In this document: piece by piece, positions 40,359-50,569 of the stretch
How the letters are laid out: each line of letters begins with the position of its first letter
How positions within the stretch are numbered: the first letter of the stretch is position 1
DNA from: an uncultured virus (IMG/VR IMGVR_UViG_3300010233_000006)
Lineage: Duplodnaviria > Heunggongvirae > Uroviricota > Caudoviricetes
Reading direction: 5' to 3' (one strand)
DNA: 64,000 nucleotides
IMG/VR virus record: IMGVR_UViG_3300010233_000006
Position numbers and translations under genes: made by a program
The notes under the pieces: model-generated
Told to the model about the DNA's origin: nothing
Database searches by the model: none
Seen by the model: the letters and a program-made list of their open reading frames with translations, nothing else

Positions 40359-43300
40359 TCAATTTTTGATCTTGATCTCAACAGCGTCCCCTTGATTTAA
40401 GAGGACCTCCGCAACCGATCCATCCTGGAACGCCTCTCCCGATGGGGGAACCGCGGTCGCTGAATTGGCATCGGTCGACACCTTCTGAACGATCAGCCGC
40501 ACATTGGGTGCTGGAGGCGTGCTGGTCAGCCCCAAGCACTGCACGGTAATCGCCCCGCCCGTCGTGTCGCATTCAATTGTTCCATCCGTGAGGAGTTGCG
40601 TGGTGTCCGCGAAGACTTCTCGCGTGCCCCCGGCGCCCCAGACATAGCCTTCCCGGAAAGCCACGGTATTTTGAGGACCTGTGAAGCCGGCCGCGTCTGC
40701 CGAGTACAATTCCACGCGCACTACTTTGGCCGGATAGTTCTGAATGGGAACAACACCGAGCAGGTTCTGCCAGTTTGTGTAGTCCGCGAGTTGCACCGCG
40801 CCGCCCGGTAGGGACACTTGGGGAATCGCCTCCAAGAGAATGATGACGCTGGTCGAGTTCGGAATAATATCCCACCCCGGAGAGACAGTGATTTTGGTTC
40901 CGGTATTGTCCACGACCGTTTGGACTGGCTGAAATGCGCCATGCCCACCAATCACCAGGCACAGATTTCCGCCGTTTCCATGGACCGTCAGGCCCGTACC
41001 GGGATTGTTGTAGAAATTGTCGAAGAGCGCGTCTGTGAATGAGGTAGCGTCGAATGCCGTAGGCGCGGTTCGCAACGTGAACAGGTCGCCAGCCACGCAT
41101 CCCGCCGCGAAGGGATCTGGTGTTACGGTGAAATCTCCCGCATTGGTGTTAGCCGTTACGGTGAAGTCCTGGATGGGAATATTGGTATCGCTGTTTTGAA
41201 TGGCATTCGCCAGTTTCGATAGGATCCGCCCGACGAATTGGTTTGCCGTGGGGCTGCCGCCGAAGACGATGTGACCGGTCGTTACCGAGGCGGCCTCCTG
41301 CGCAAAGATCCCGCTCACTAGTTCGCGCGATACCCGGATTACCGGATGGTCGAATTCATCGTCGGGAGGGCCGACTCCTATGCCCGTCACAGTCGTCAGG
41401 TCTTCGGCAATCGAACCCGTAGTCGAGGTCCCCGCATCTGCTGTGTTTGCCTCAAAATGGAATCCACGCGTATCGTCGGGTGAGGCAACGAAGATTGCGC
41501 CACCAAAACTGCCAGGCGCCCAGGCGACGGTGATGGTCAGCTTGTTGCCAGAGCCGGTCGTGGTGACGGAGACAAAATTCGATAGTCGGCTAATGCCTGC
41601 GGTCAGCAGTCCCGTTGTGGCGTCCACACTGCCGGCTCCATCATAGGCGCAGACTGCCACGACGAATGTGCCCGCTCCAATCGATCCCCCTGAAGCAGAG
41701 ACGACCGCCGTAATGGCCGGAGCGCTGTTGAGTGCGGAAAAAATGTTGATCGGCGGTTTCCCGTAAAGGACCGCTTGCGGCAGTGGTGTCCCATCTTCGG
41801 CGAGGGTATAATTCAGCCTCAGACCGAAGGTTTTGGCCGTAAAGAGCGGATCTCCGGATAGTGGCGGTTCGTACCCCGCATTGATCGGGAGTGAGGCGCG
41901 TATGGTGATCGGGCCAGGAGCGGATCCGCCGGCGGGCGTACCGGTGATCCAGGCAGACGGAATTCCCGCTGCATTTACCGACCGGATACGGACGTTGTAC
42001 AGATCCCCCAAAACCAGGTTGCCAATAGTTGCCGTCGTGGCACTCGGATCCATCTTAGCGAGCGAGAACCAGAGACCTTCCGGGCTGGCCACCACCTGAT
42101 ATTCGATCTCGATGTGTCCTCCAAGGAGAACGAAGGCGTCTGCCGGTGCCGTCCAGGTGACGATGATAGACCCGGAGCCGTTGGTCAAGATGACGTTGGT
42201 CGGGGGTGCCGGGGTAGCTGTTGAGGGGGTGATCGCCTGCTGATAGCCTGCCGGAGAAAGCTCTTCGCCGATGGACCAGGCATATACGGAAGAATCCGTC
42301 TCCTGCACATCCAGTTCTACCCCCAGTAACGGTGCCGTTCCCGATTGCGTTTCCAGTTTCAGGCGTGCTGCCAGGACTTCCAAGTTTTTGGCCGTCCATG
42401 CGAAATAGGAGAGATCGAGAGCGATCACATCCATCGGCGTGAACTGATACGCGGCCATATTGAGCAGGAACGTACCGGTTCCCTGCTGGCGCCGCCGCAT
42501 GAGTTCGATCTTGGCCAGACGTTGAGCCGAGGGACACGAGATTGTGAAGGGAAATTGGACATCAAGCCAACGCCGATCCCCACCATCGGCGATCAGAAAC
42601 TGGTCGCTGCCAAAGCCATGCGTGCTGTCCTGGGCATATCGCGGGAAATCTGAGGCCTGCCAATTGTTCACAGGGCTGACGTAGGTTCCTTTGACGCCGT
42701 TGAAGAGTTCAGAAACCGAAACTGCCGGCTTCCATCGAAAGGCGCCCGCCGCCATGGAATAGATCGATCCGCCCGTGATCGATACCGGTGTGGATCCGTA
42801 CCAGGACGCCGGCCAAATCACAAACTGCCCTTCCGTATAGGTAAGCCGACCAGCACATGAGGTCAGCATGTTCCTCAGTACCTCTCCCCGACGCATTGCC
42901 AGCGTGAAACCACCATTACAGGCGTAGCGAGGCTCGGTCCCACCGCTTGCCAGGCTCACCGCTTCATCACATACATTCGCAGCGGCAATCAGTGGAGAGA
43001 GGGGAATTTCCGTTCCGTAGGATGCTTTGAACCCGAACGTAGTATTGTTCAGGTAATCCGCGATACAGAGAGCGGCATTTTCTGTGTATCCGATCGTGGG
43101 GGGGCTGGTGCGTGGATCCGAGATGTCCTTCTTGCCTGAAATGTGGAACGAGATCTGCGGCAGGCCGTTGGCGAAGTACGCATCATTATAGTGCAGCCTT
43201 AGCCAGATGGCCGTCATACCGACGAGCGAGCATTGCGCAGTCCATGGATTTGTAGCGTTCACAATCCGTGGCCCCAATAGGTTGGTGTCGTCTGGAGTTC

Positions 43301-44069
43301 CTCCCGGTCCCATACCGACGAACGTGCTGCCCAATGTCTGATCGCCCATCAAGACTTCGGCATATACTTTTTTCCCATAGTCGGCCCAAACACCTTGGCA
43401 ATGTCCCTGTCCGGTGACGGTAGAAGGGCTGGGTCCGCCGGACAAATAGGTAAATTGAATGTTGACTCCAGGTGTGCGGCTGAGAATCGTCTGTACCGGA
43501 AATCTTCCATTCATTGTCGGATCGCCGGTAACCAGGCTGATGATGACCTGGTCGCCCACTTGCAAGTCGGGGATATCGCCGCACGAACAGGTCGTCAGCG
43601 TATTCAGACGGTGAAGCGAAAGAATGCCAACAACAGGGTCCGCTGGCGATTTGCTGAGTGAGGCATCGCCAGTTGTGGTAAACGACGTATGGGTGGAAAA
43701 CAGAACGCGCTGCTGGTCGAACATCACCGCGTCAATGCTCTGGCAGGGATGATCAGCCATGACGAACACCATGTCCAACCATTTATCGTTGTCCCCGAAA
43801 CTATTGATGAAAACCGGAGTGCCGCCAACTCGACCGCGCCCATATTGGATATTCCGAGGTGCAACCGGATTGCGGCTAGCCGTAGCGAATCCTGAAACTG
43901 CTCCCAATCCAGAGAGCATGGTGCCCACACCCGTAAGCGTCAGGCCGGCACCTGCTGCGATCAGGTAACCGCCGATAGTGGCGGCCGTTCCAGCGGTGAA
44001 TATCGTAAGCGCGGCCCCGGCTGCGATGAGGCCGATGCCCTCGATAGTTGTACCAATTCCTTTCGGCAT
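40359..44069 (-). CDS. tail tip / host-specificity protein (J-like)
   Basis: PRNIQYGRGRVGG, TENAALCIADYL, FNGVKGTY, AQRLAKIEL, FN3-like domain. Confidence 0.88.
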   Translation of the reverse strand: MPKGIGTTIEGIGLIAAGAALTIFTAGTAATIGGYLIAAGAGLTLTGVGTMLSGLGAVSGFATASRNPVAPRNIQYGRGRVGGTPVFINSFGDNDKWLDMVFVMADHPCQSIDAVMFDQQRVLFSTHTSFTTTGDASLSKSPADPVVGILSLHRLNTLTTCSCGDIPDLQVGDQVIISLVTGDPTMNGRFPVQTILSRTPGVNIQFTYLSGGPSPSTVTGQGHCQGVWADYGKKVYAEVLMGDQTLGSTFVGMGPGGTPDDTNLLGPRIVNATNPWTAQCSLVGMTAIWLRLHYNDAYFANGLPQISFHISGKKDISDPRTSPPTIGYTENAALCIADYLNNTTFGFKASYGTEIPLSPLIAAANVCDEAVSLASGGTEPRYACNGGFTLAMRRGEVLRNMLTSCAGRLTYTEGQFVIWPASWYGSTPVSITGGSIYSMAAGAFRWKPAVSVSELFNGVKGTYVSPVNNWQASDFPRYAQDSTHGFGSDQFLIADGGDRRWLDVQFPFTISCPSAQRLAKIELMRRRQQGTGTFLLNMAAYQFTPMDVIALDLSYFAWTAKNLEVLAARLKLETQSGTAPLLGVELDVQETDSSVYAWSIGEELSPAGYQQAITPSTATPAPPTNVILTNGSGSIIVTWTAPADAFVLLGGHIEIEYQVVASPEGLWFSLAKMDPSATTATIGNLVLGDLYNVRIRSVNAAGIPSAWITGTPAGGSAPGPITIRASLPINAGYEPPLSGDPLFTAKTFGLRLNYTLAEDGTPLPQAVLYGKPPINIFSALNSAPAITAVVSASGGSIGAGTFVVAVCAYDGAGSVDATTGLLTAGISRLSNFVSVTTTGSGNKLTITVAWAPGSFGGAIFVASPDDTRGFHFEANTADAGTSTTGSIAEDLTTVTGIGVGPPDDEFDHPVIRVSRELVSGIFAQEAASVTTGHIVFGGSPTANQFVGRILSKLANAIQNSDTNIPIQDFTVTANTNAGDFTVTPDPFAAGCVAGDLFTLRTAPTAFDATSFTDALFDNFYNNPGTGLTVHGNGGNLCLVIGGHGAFQPVQTVVDNTGTKITVSPGWDIIPNSTSVIILLEAIPQVSLPGGAVQLADYTNWQNLLGVVPIQNYPAKVVRVELYSADAAGFTGPQNTVAFREGYVWGAGGTREVFADTTQLLTDGTIECDTTGGAITVQCLGLTSTPPAPNVRLIVQKVSTDANSATAVPPSGEAFQDGSVAEVLLNQGDAVEIKIKN

Positions 44070-44072
44070 GGA

Positions 44073-44507
44073 TCAGACTCGCCATGCCCTTTCGACATTT
44101 ACAATCGGCACCTTTGAGAGTCCAACTCCGATCGGAATCATGGCGTGGATTCCGTCGAGTGCCACGATTCCCAGCAATGAATGATTGCGTGGTTGACGGA
44201 TCAGCACTACATCCCCCCTTTGCGCAAATTGGGGAGCGACTTCGGGCATGTGGGCCTTTTCGAATAATTTTGCGGCAAGACTGACGAACGACATCCTACC
44301 GCAGGCCTTCCTAACAATTACCATTGCTTGTTTGTGATTCGCGTAATGACCGCGAAAAGCTTCGGCGAGATCAACGCCGGTCATGGCCTCGATGGCTCCC
44401 GCGGCAAACAGGCAGCAATCGAAGTGACCATATTGAAAGTTCTGCTTTTCGTTCTCGATTAGGTACCGTTCCAGAAAATAGGGCCAATCGTCGTCGCGGC
44501 GAAGCAC
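44073..44507 (-). CDS. NlpC/P60-like tail-associated protein (DUF6950-type)
   Basis: FQYGHFDCCLFAAGAIEAMTG; AQRGDVV; AWRV. Confidence 0.8.
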   Translation of the reverse strand: MLRRDDDWPYFLERYLIENEKQNFQYGHFDCCLFAAGAIEAMTGVDLAEAFRGHYANHKQAMVIVRKACGRMSFVSLAAKLFEKAHMPEVAPQFAQRGDVVLIRQPRNHSLLGIVALDGIHAMIPIGVGLSKVPIVNVERAWRV

Positions 44508-44516
44508 AGAACACCC

Positions 44517-45104
44517 TCAAAGATTCGTGGACGTGGCGGGAGATTTCCCCCAATACAGGTTTAGCTCCTGAATGCCGCTAACAAAGCTCATCGAAAGATC
44601 CCCCGGCGCAGAGATTTGTTGATCATCCTGCGTATATCGTCTATCTGTAGCAACGTTATATTCGAGCAGGCGGCTCTCACAGTTTACGAAAATGGTTGCC
44701 AATTCACTCGACACGTCAATCGTTGGCTGGTCCATTCTTCCCCGCCATGTGCAGAGCGGATCCGCGATGAGGTTAGGGGGGCTGGATCCGTCAAACAATC
44801 CGAGGAACACCGCTACCGGTGAACCGATCTGGAATTCCTGTAATACGTCGGCCAGCAGGCTTGCATCAATTCCACTCAGGCTCAGCGTGATTCCCCGAGC
44901 TTCCACCGTGGACCCCTCCTCCGCAGTGCTGATTCCTCCCAAAGATCCGACGCCGCTCCAACTATGTCCATTCCAGGAAATGGTGCCGAGTCCGGTCCAC
45001 AGATAGACCGTGCCAGTGACGAAGGTCATCTGGACAAAAAAAGCTGGCCGAAGCAGCGTCCCCTGCAAAGCAGTCAGCATCGCAGAGGACATGGGCCGTG
45101 GCAT
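44517..45104 (-). CDS. tail tip/hub protein
   Basis: YLWTGLGTISWNG, WRGRMD, RRYTQDDQQ...PGD; synteny. Confidence 0.75.
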   Translation of the reverse strand: MPRPMSSAMLTALQGTLLRPAFFVQMTFVTGTVYLWTGLGTISWNGHSWSGVGSLGGISTAEEGSTVEARGITLSLSGIDASLLADVLQEFQIGSPVAVFLGLFDGSSPPNLIADPLCTWRGRMDQPTIDVSSELATIFVNCESRLLEYNVATDRRYTQDDQQISAPGDLSMSFVSGIQELNLYWGKSPATSTNL

Positions 45105-45108
45105 TTAT

Positions 45109-45483
45109 TTAGATGGCCTCACGAATGTCAAAACTCAGGCTGTATGCCCGGTCTTTGGTCACGGACCATTTCACCGTATTATTTTTGAGCCCCCAGAAGC
45201 GCGAGCCGATATCGCCACTATAAGCGCTCATGAACGCAGAATTGAATTGGAACACGCCGCTCTGGCCTTTGAGTGCTCGCAGGAACACGATCCAAGGCTG
45301 TGCCGTTGTGAAAGTCATCGCCGGCCATACGACCGAGGCTTCCATGAGATTTCCGCCCCAGTCTTGGACCTGCTGCTCCCCCGTAAATGGCGAGAGATTC
45401 AGGGCTACCATTTCGGTCACACCGAACTCGATTGAGGCGGGGGCCGGAGGAAATGGGGGGATCGTGACTGTCGGCCTGGGCAT
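45109..45483 (-). CDS. distal tail protein
   Basis: SPFTGEQQV motif; directly after tape measure. Confidence 0.7.
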   Translation of the reverse strand: MPRPTVTIPPFPPAPASIEFGVTEMVALNLSPFTGEQQVQDWGGNLMEASVVWPAMTFTTAQPWIVFLRALKGQSGVFQFNSAFMSAYSGDIGSRFWGLKNNTVKWSVTKDRAYSLSFDIREAI

Positions 45484-45492
45484 AGAGATCGT

Positions 45493-48414
45493 TTACCGAT
45501 GTCCCGCGCTGCTACCGCGCCGAAGCCGATCGGCGCTCACCCGGACTGATGTTCCCACTGCGTTATCGTGCGCCGAAATGATTGCTGTTCTCACTCGCTG
45601 CTCCGTCAACAGTGGATCGGTTCCTCGGGCGTCAATGTTGTAGAAATGATTTCCTCCACCACCTCCGACCGCGCGGCGGGATTCTGCATTGCTCAACACG
45701 GTTCCCGAACTGCGTAAAAGAATCTCGGGCCCTTGCTCTCCCACCCAATAGGCGCCCGCCGGAGAAGTACCGCCGCCCCCGGCATGTTTCTGCAAGGATG
45801 CGCCGGCTAAGCTACCGAAGAGTGCCCCGAGAAAGGAACCGGATCCGCCGTTAGAACCGGAAGGTGCCGCTGGAGCCCCCGTGGCGATGGCGACCACATA
45901 GAACGGATTACCAGAGCTTCCATCCGGCCCCGTAGCCGTAGAGCCGGGAACAGGAATGCGCCCCAATCCCAATGGTCCGCCGGAACCGGGATTGCCGCTA
46001 GGAATTGCCGTACCGGTAGCCGTCGCGATCCGCACCCACAGAGCACTAGTAGCGCTACTTCCGTCTGGCTTGCCAGTCAGTCCGAAGTGCTTGCCGATGG
46101 CACCCAGACCGGACTGGATACCGGCCTTGAACACATTCTTCAGCGCCTCTTCTCCGATTGATTGAAACATCTTCCCGAAGCTGGTTTTCTGCCGCGTTAC
46201 AAACTTCGCGAATTCATCCGATGCCTTATCGATTGAAGAGGTCAGGGATTCGTAGATGATATCGGCCGCGGACTTCACTTGCTTCTGCATTTCGATGAAG
46301 AATGCACGGACACCGTCGATAGCGCGGCGGTGCGCCAGTGATTCCTCTACCAGAATCTTGAGGTATTCCTGCTCAATCCGCTGTTTCGAGAGTGCCCATT
46401 CGAAGGTGCTTTTTTCCGCGAGACTCATCCGTTCCATCTCGGCGGCTTCAAGCGAAAGGGTCTCTTTCTGCGTTTTATACTCCTGCCCACGCTTTAGTGC
46501 CGCTGCCCGGACTTCCTCTTCGTGCCGGAGTTCATCCTCCAGTCGCGTCCGCTGGATTTCTGCCTCTTTCCCCCCCCCAAGCCGCATCTGCTCGTACTTA
46601 GCTTCCAGTTGCGCCTTGCGGACTGCCTCGGCGCCATTTACCTGTGCTGCGATGATGCGGTTGATCCCCGCAATCTGCTGATCGATCTTTGCGATTCCCT
46701 GAGCGTCCTGGAGTTCCTTGGAGGCTCGAAATTGGTCTTTTAGCGCTGCGATTTCCTTCGGTTGCGCGCCGTCTTTAATCTTCCGCTGGAGTTCGAACTG
46801 GAAGGTTTGGAGGCGAATGGCCTCAGCGCCTTCCATCTGGATTTTGGCCAGAATCCGCTCCAATTCGATCTGATCTCCGAGGGCATCCGCCTTCTTGTTG
46901 GAATCGGTGAGGTTCTTGGCATCATACTCAACTTCCAGCCGGCGCCGGAGTAGGGCGTTCTGGGCGGCTTTGGTCTGATCGTTGTAGGCTTCGACCCCTA
47001 CTCTGCTCATCAATTCGATTTCCACGTTCGCTGCCTTCAGCGCGGTATAGCCTTCGCCGATGGCGGCCGTCAGCAACTGCTGGCCTTTCATCTGGTCGTT
47101 GATCTTCTTGGTGGCCTCGTCTAATTTGGTATTCCATGTGGTTTGGGATTCCGTCTCGGCAGTCTTGAGGACCACCGCTTGAATCGAATCCTTTTGGGCT
47201 GCGGTCAACTGGACGTGCTGCTTCTCCAGGGACTTATTTACCTCCTCGATGATTTTCAAGGCTTCCCCGGAAGCTTTCGCCTGGACCTGAAATGCCTCAT
47301 CCTTGCCGACGACTGCCAGCTTTAGTCGAGAAGCCTCCAGATTTGCTTGCAGCGCTTTCATTCGCTCTTCGAAGGGACGGCTGAGCAATTCATTCGCCCG
47401 CTCTGTTTCCAGGGCCTCCTTGCGCTCAGTCAGGCCAGTGTTCGTGGCCTGCAACCCTACTGCGCGGATTTGCTCCTGGAGGGCGCGTTGCGCACCCTTC
47501 AACTCCTCGATACGGGCTGCTTCGTTCTTGGCGAAATCCACCGTGGTGGCCATCGGAACGAATCCCCCGCCCTTATATCTCACGGGCTTTGGTGTGGCTA
47601 GCTTTTGGGCTTCCGCCAGTTTTTTGTTGATGATGACCAGTTCGACAGCATAACGCCTGGCCAGATTTGCATTCAGTTCCAACCGGGCGGCGTCGGCGTC
47701 CTTCAGATTGTGCGCCTGGTCAATACGCGCCTGTCCAGCACGGTTGATTTCGGCGATGTCTCCGGCCAGTCCGCCGAAGCCGGTCTTGCCACCGAATTCT
47801 TCCTTGATATCCTTGGTCCCGGCCTCCCCGAAGAACTGCCGCATGGCCCCGACGTTCTGTTCGGTGAGGATCTTGTTGAGTTGAGAAAGATCTTTGTTCA
47901 GGGAATCTGCCAACTTGTCGGCCGCCACGCGAGCCTCATCCAGAGCGATTTTTAGAGTATTCTGGCGACGACCTTCCAACTTGGCGATTTCGTTGGACAG
48001 CCGGTCATTCGCCAATTGCAATTCATCGTTGCTCAACTTCATCGGGGCCGTCAGTTCCCGAAAGGCTCCTTTGATCTTTTCCGGGGCTTGGGCGATAGAG
48101 TCGAAGAACTCTTTCACCTTTCCTCCCAATTCAAACAGCATCGTGCCGAAAGCGAGCCCCCCGACCAATGGAAAGGCTGCCTGGAGAACGGGGCCAAGTC
48201 CCAGGCTAGTGGATAGAAACCGCGCGATCGCCCTATTATTGTTGGCGAAATTTCCCTCAAGCTCGCGGAGCGCCGCGCTACTCGCGATCATGCTCTGCTT
48301 GGAGGATTGGCCAAACTGTCCGATCTTGGCACGGGCAGAGTCCATATCTGCTATGAACTGGGCCGTTCCAGCGTTTAAATTGATGCTGATTACTGCAACT
48401 TTTCGCGCAGCCAT
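45493..48414 (-). CDS. tape measure protein
   Basis: 973-aa helical protein; C-terminal HAGGG...YWVGEQGPE motif. Confidence 0.9.
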   Translation of the reverse strand: MAARKVAVISINLNAGTAQFIADMDSARAKIGQFGQSSKQSMIASSAALRELEGNFANNNRAIARFLSTSLGLGPVLQAAFPLVGGLAFGTMLFELGGKVKEFFDSIAQAPEKIKGAFRELTAPMKLSNDELQLANDRLSNEIAKLEGRRQNTLKIALDEARVAADKLADSLNKDLSQLNKILTEQNVGAMRQFFGEAGTKDIKEEFGGKTGFGGLAGDIAEINRAGQARIDQAHNLKDADAARLELNANLARRYAVELVIINKKLAEAQKLATPKPVRYKGGGFVPMATTVDFAKNEAARIEELKGAQRALQEQIRAVGLQATNTGLTERKEALETERANELLSRPFEERMKALQANLEASRLKLAVVGKDEAFQVQAKASGEALKIIEEVNKSLEKQHVQLTAAQKDSIQAVVLKTAETESQTTWNTKLDEATKKINDQMKGQQLLTAAIGEGYTALKAANVEIELMSRVGVEAYNDQTKAAQNALLRRRLEVEYDAKNLTDSNKKADALGDQIELERILAKIQMEGAEAIRLQTFQFELQRKIKDGAQPKEIAALKDQFRASKELQDAQGIAKIDQQIAGINRIIAAQVNGAEAVRKAQLEAKYEQMRLGGGKEAEIQRTRLEDELRHEEEVRAAALKRGQEYKTQKETLSLEAAEMERMSLAEKSTFEWALSKQRIEQEYLKILVEESLAHRRAIDGVRAFFIEMQKQVKSAADIIYESLTSSIDKASDEFAKFVTRQKTSFGKMFQSIGEEALKNVFKAGIQSGLGAIGKHFGLTGKPDGSSATSALWVRIATATGTAIPSGNPGSGGPLGLGRIPVPGSTATGPDGSSGNPFYVVAIATGAPAAPSGSNGGSGSFLGALFGSLAGASLQKHAGGGGTSPAGAYWVGEQGPEILLRSSGTVLSNAESRRAVGGGGGNHFYNIDARGTDPLLTEQRVRTAIISAHDNAVGTSVRVSADRLRRGSSAGHR

Positions 48415-48419
48415 TGGGC

Positions 48420-48779
48420 TTATGTAGATTCCTGATTAAGTGCGGACAGTTGCGCTCTGTACATTCTCATGACCGTCGTGGGGTATTTGATTCCTAGAAG
48501 AATCCCAATTTGCGCGAATGTGGTGCCCGATCCCCGCAACGCAATCACCCGTTCCCTAAGTGCCAGTTTTTCTGCCGTTAGTTTCGCCATCCTGATTTTG
48601 GCTATTACTGCTGCTGGTCGCGAGGTGCCCCTTAATTGCTCTGCCTGATTATGATGGGCTTCGCTGAGTCGTGTGCGCAGTTCGTATGAAGCTCGGCGCC
48701 GTGTCATTGCTGTCCTTTGGTTCTCAGGCATCGGCTTCCCTTTATTATGCGGTGGCCTTCCCTTCTTCCGCGCACTCAT
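48420..48779 (-). CDS. NUMOD3-type DNA-binding protein with C-terminal HTH
   Basis: PHNKGKPMPENQR, RTRLSEAH, IAKIRMAK; GTTFAQIGILLGI; no nuclease domain seen. Confidence 0.6.
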   Translation of the reverse strand: MSARKKGRPPHNKGKPMPENQRTAMTRRRASYELRTRLSEAHHNQAEQLRGTSRPAAVIAKIRMAKLTAEKLALRERVIALRGSGTTFAQIGILLGIKYPTTVMRMYRAQLSALNQEST

Positions 48780-50057
48780 TTTGCGTTTGGACCCAGTATT
48801 TACTGAGGTTTTAACGTATACTGGTATCGGATGGTGCGCGGCTTTCAATACCGCTTTTACCCTTCGCCAGAGCAGAAAACAGCACTGGCGAGAACCTTCG
48901 GTTGCGCTCGCTATGTCTACAACTGGGCGCTCAACCTGCGAAGTACAGCGTGGCGGGAGCGACAGGAGCGGACGAGCTACGGACAGACGTCGGCAGCCTT
49001 GACGGAGTTGAAGCGGCAACCCGAAGTCGGGTGGCTCAACGAGGTTAGTTGCGTGCCGGTGCAGCAGTCCCTTCGCCACCTGCAAACGGCGTTCGTCAAC
49101 TTCTGGCAGAACGGCGCCGCCTATCTCAACTTCAAGAAACGCGACAACCGCCAGTCCGCAGAGTACACGCGCTCCGGGTTTCAGTGGGATCGCGGACAGC
49201 TTACCCTGGCCAAGATCGGCAAGCTCAAGATCCGCTGGTCGCGCCGCTTCTCCGGTACGCCGACCACCGTAACGGTGAGTCGCACGCCTGCTGGCCGCTA
49301 CCACGTTTCGTTTCGGGTGGGCGAGCCGCTTCAGGTAATGCCGGAAACTACCGGACAGCTTGGTATCGATCTTGGCTTGACCGCGTTCGCCGCATTCTCG
49401 GATGGCAACAAGCATCAGTCCCCGCGTCCGTTGCGGCGCAAGATGGCGCAACTGAAGCGCGCGCAGAAGGCGCTGTCCAGAAAGAGGAAAGGCTCCGCCA
49501 ACCGGAGGAAGGCCCGGCAGCGCGTGGCCAAAGTGCACCAGAAGATTTCGGATATTCGCCGCGACGATTTGCACCAACTGACGTCCCGTCTCGTTCGTGA
49601 AAACCAAACGATCGCGATAGAGGACTTGAACGTGCGCGGCATGATGGCGAATCACACACTGGCCGGGGCGATCGGCGATTCCGGCTGGAGCGAATTCGCC
49701 CGGCAGTTGCAGTACAAATGCGAGTGGCATGGTCGCGTTTTGATCCGCATCGACAGGTTCTATCCGTCGAGCAAGACATGCTCGGCGTGCGGATTCAAGA
49801 ACGCGTCCATGCCGCTCGATGTTCGGGAGTGGCGATGTCCTTGGTGTGGCGTGGTCCATGATCGGGATGTGAACGCCGCAAAGAACATCCTGGCCGTCGG
49901 ATTGGCGGACAGTAACGCCTGTGGAGGCAGCATCAGACCCGAGCCGGTCCAAACCGGCAAGGGCAGCCGCCTGAGAAACAGGAACCGTTCTACGCGCTGT
50001 GCTGTTGCTTAGCATTGGAGTGTAGAATCCCCCGGCTTAAGCCGTGGGGAGTATCAA
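48780..50057 (+). mobile_element. IS200/IS605-family tnpB-only (IS1341-like) element
   Basis: Left flank TCAT; CCAGTAT...ATACTGG hairpin; tnpB; right-end hairpin plus TCAA; no tnpA. Confidence 0.85.
48831..50012 (+). CDS. tnpB: RNA-guided endonuclease TnpB, catalytic residues intact
   Basis: FGCARYVYN; RuvC GIDLG, IEDL, DRDVNAA; zinc finger CSACG/CPWCG. Confidence 0.96.
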   Translation: MVRGFQYRFYPSPEQKTALARTFGCARYVYNWALNLRSTAWRERQERTSYGQTSAALTELKRQPEVGWLNEVSCVPVQQSLRHLQTAFVNFWQNGAAYLNFKKRDNRQSAEYTRSGFQWDRGQLTLAKIGKLKIRWSRRFSGTPTTVTVSRTPAGRYHVSFRVGEPLQVMPETTGQLGIDLGLTAFAAFSDGNKHQSPRPLRRKMAQLKRAQKALSRKRKGSANRRKARQRVAKVHQKISDIRRDDLHQLTSRLVRENQTIAIEDLNVRGMMANHTLAGAIGDSGWSEFARQLQYKCEWHGRVLIRIDRFYPSSKTCSACGFKNASMPLDVREWRCPWCGVVHDRDVNAAKNILAVGLADSNACGGSIRPEPVQTGKGSRLRNRNRSTRCAVA

Positions 50058-50563
50058 CCCGGCAAAACGCCTTCACGCAGCGTTGCTTCTAAAGAAGCTG
50101 CAAACGCGGCGATTGCTTCGTCTCCATTGATATCTGCACAGGGCCTGAGGAACGGATATGCCGGAACATCTTTCACGTGTGTGCCCTTGCGCTTCCGTCC
50201 TCGATTGTCAATGTAATGTCCGCCCGGAACCACCATGCGATGCCCGCGCTCGACCCAGTTTGCGACGTGCCCCTGAAAGCCGCCATAACCAACTTCTGCC
50301 GTACCGCCGCGAAAATTGGCATCCAGTGTAACTTCCGAAATCAGAGCGCGCCGCAGATCGCCGGGATGCCGCTGGCCCTTCAGGGGTGCCGTATAGATAT
50401 CCGCTTGTCGCACGGGCGTGCGTGTCTGAAGATCTACATAAAAAACACCGATCCCGGCGCCCAATGCTTTCACATATCCCCGCGCAACAACGCTCTTCGG
50501 CGCTTCCGCGAGCATTCGCTGGACTTCCTCAATGCCCGTCACAGTTATCAGTTCGCCAGCCAT
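50054..50563 (-). CDS. HK97 gp10-like tail completion protein
   Basis: TPV...GDLRRAL, WVERGH, PAYPFLRP. Confidence 0.85.
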   Translation of the reverse strand: MAGELITVTGIEEVQRMLAEAPKSVVARGYVKALGAGIGVFYVDLQTRTPVRQADIYTAPLKGQRHPGDLRRALISEVTLDANFRGGTAEVGYGGFQGHVANWVERGHRMVVPGGHYIDNRGRKRKGTHVKDVPAYPFLRPCADINGDEAIAAFAASLEATLREGVLPG

Positions 50564-50569
50564 TGCGAT

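Noticed and set aside
48831..50012. Nuclease-dead TnpB (TldR-like regulator)
   Set aside because: All three RuvC acidic residues are present
48420..50015. 531-aa minus-strand ORF
   Set aside because: Mostly the antisense shadow of tnpB; only the last 119 aa (from ATG 48779) look like a real gene
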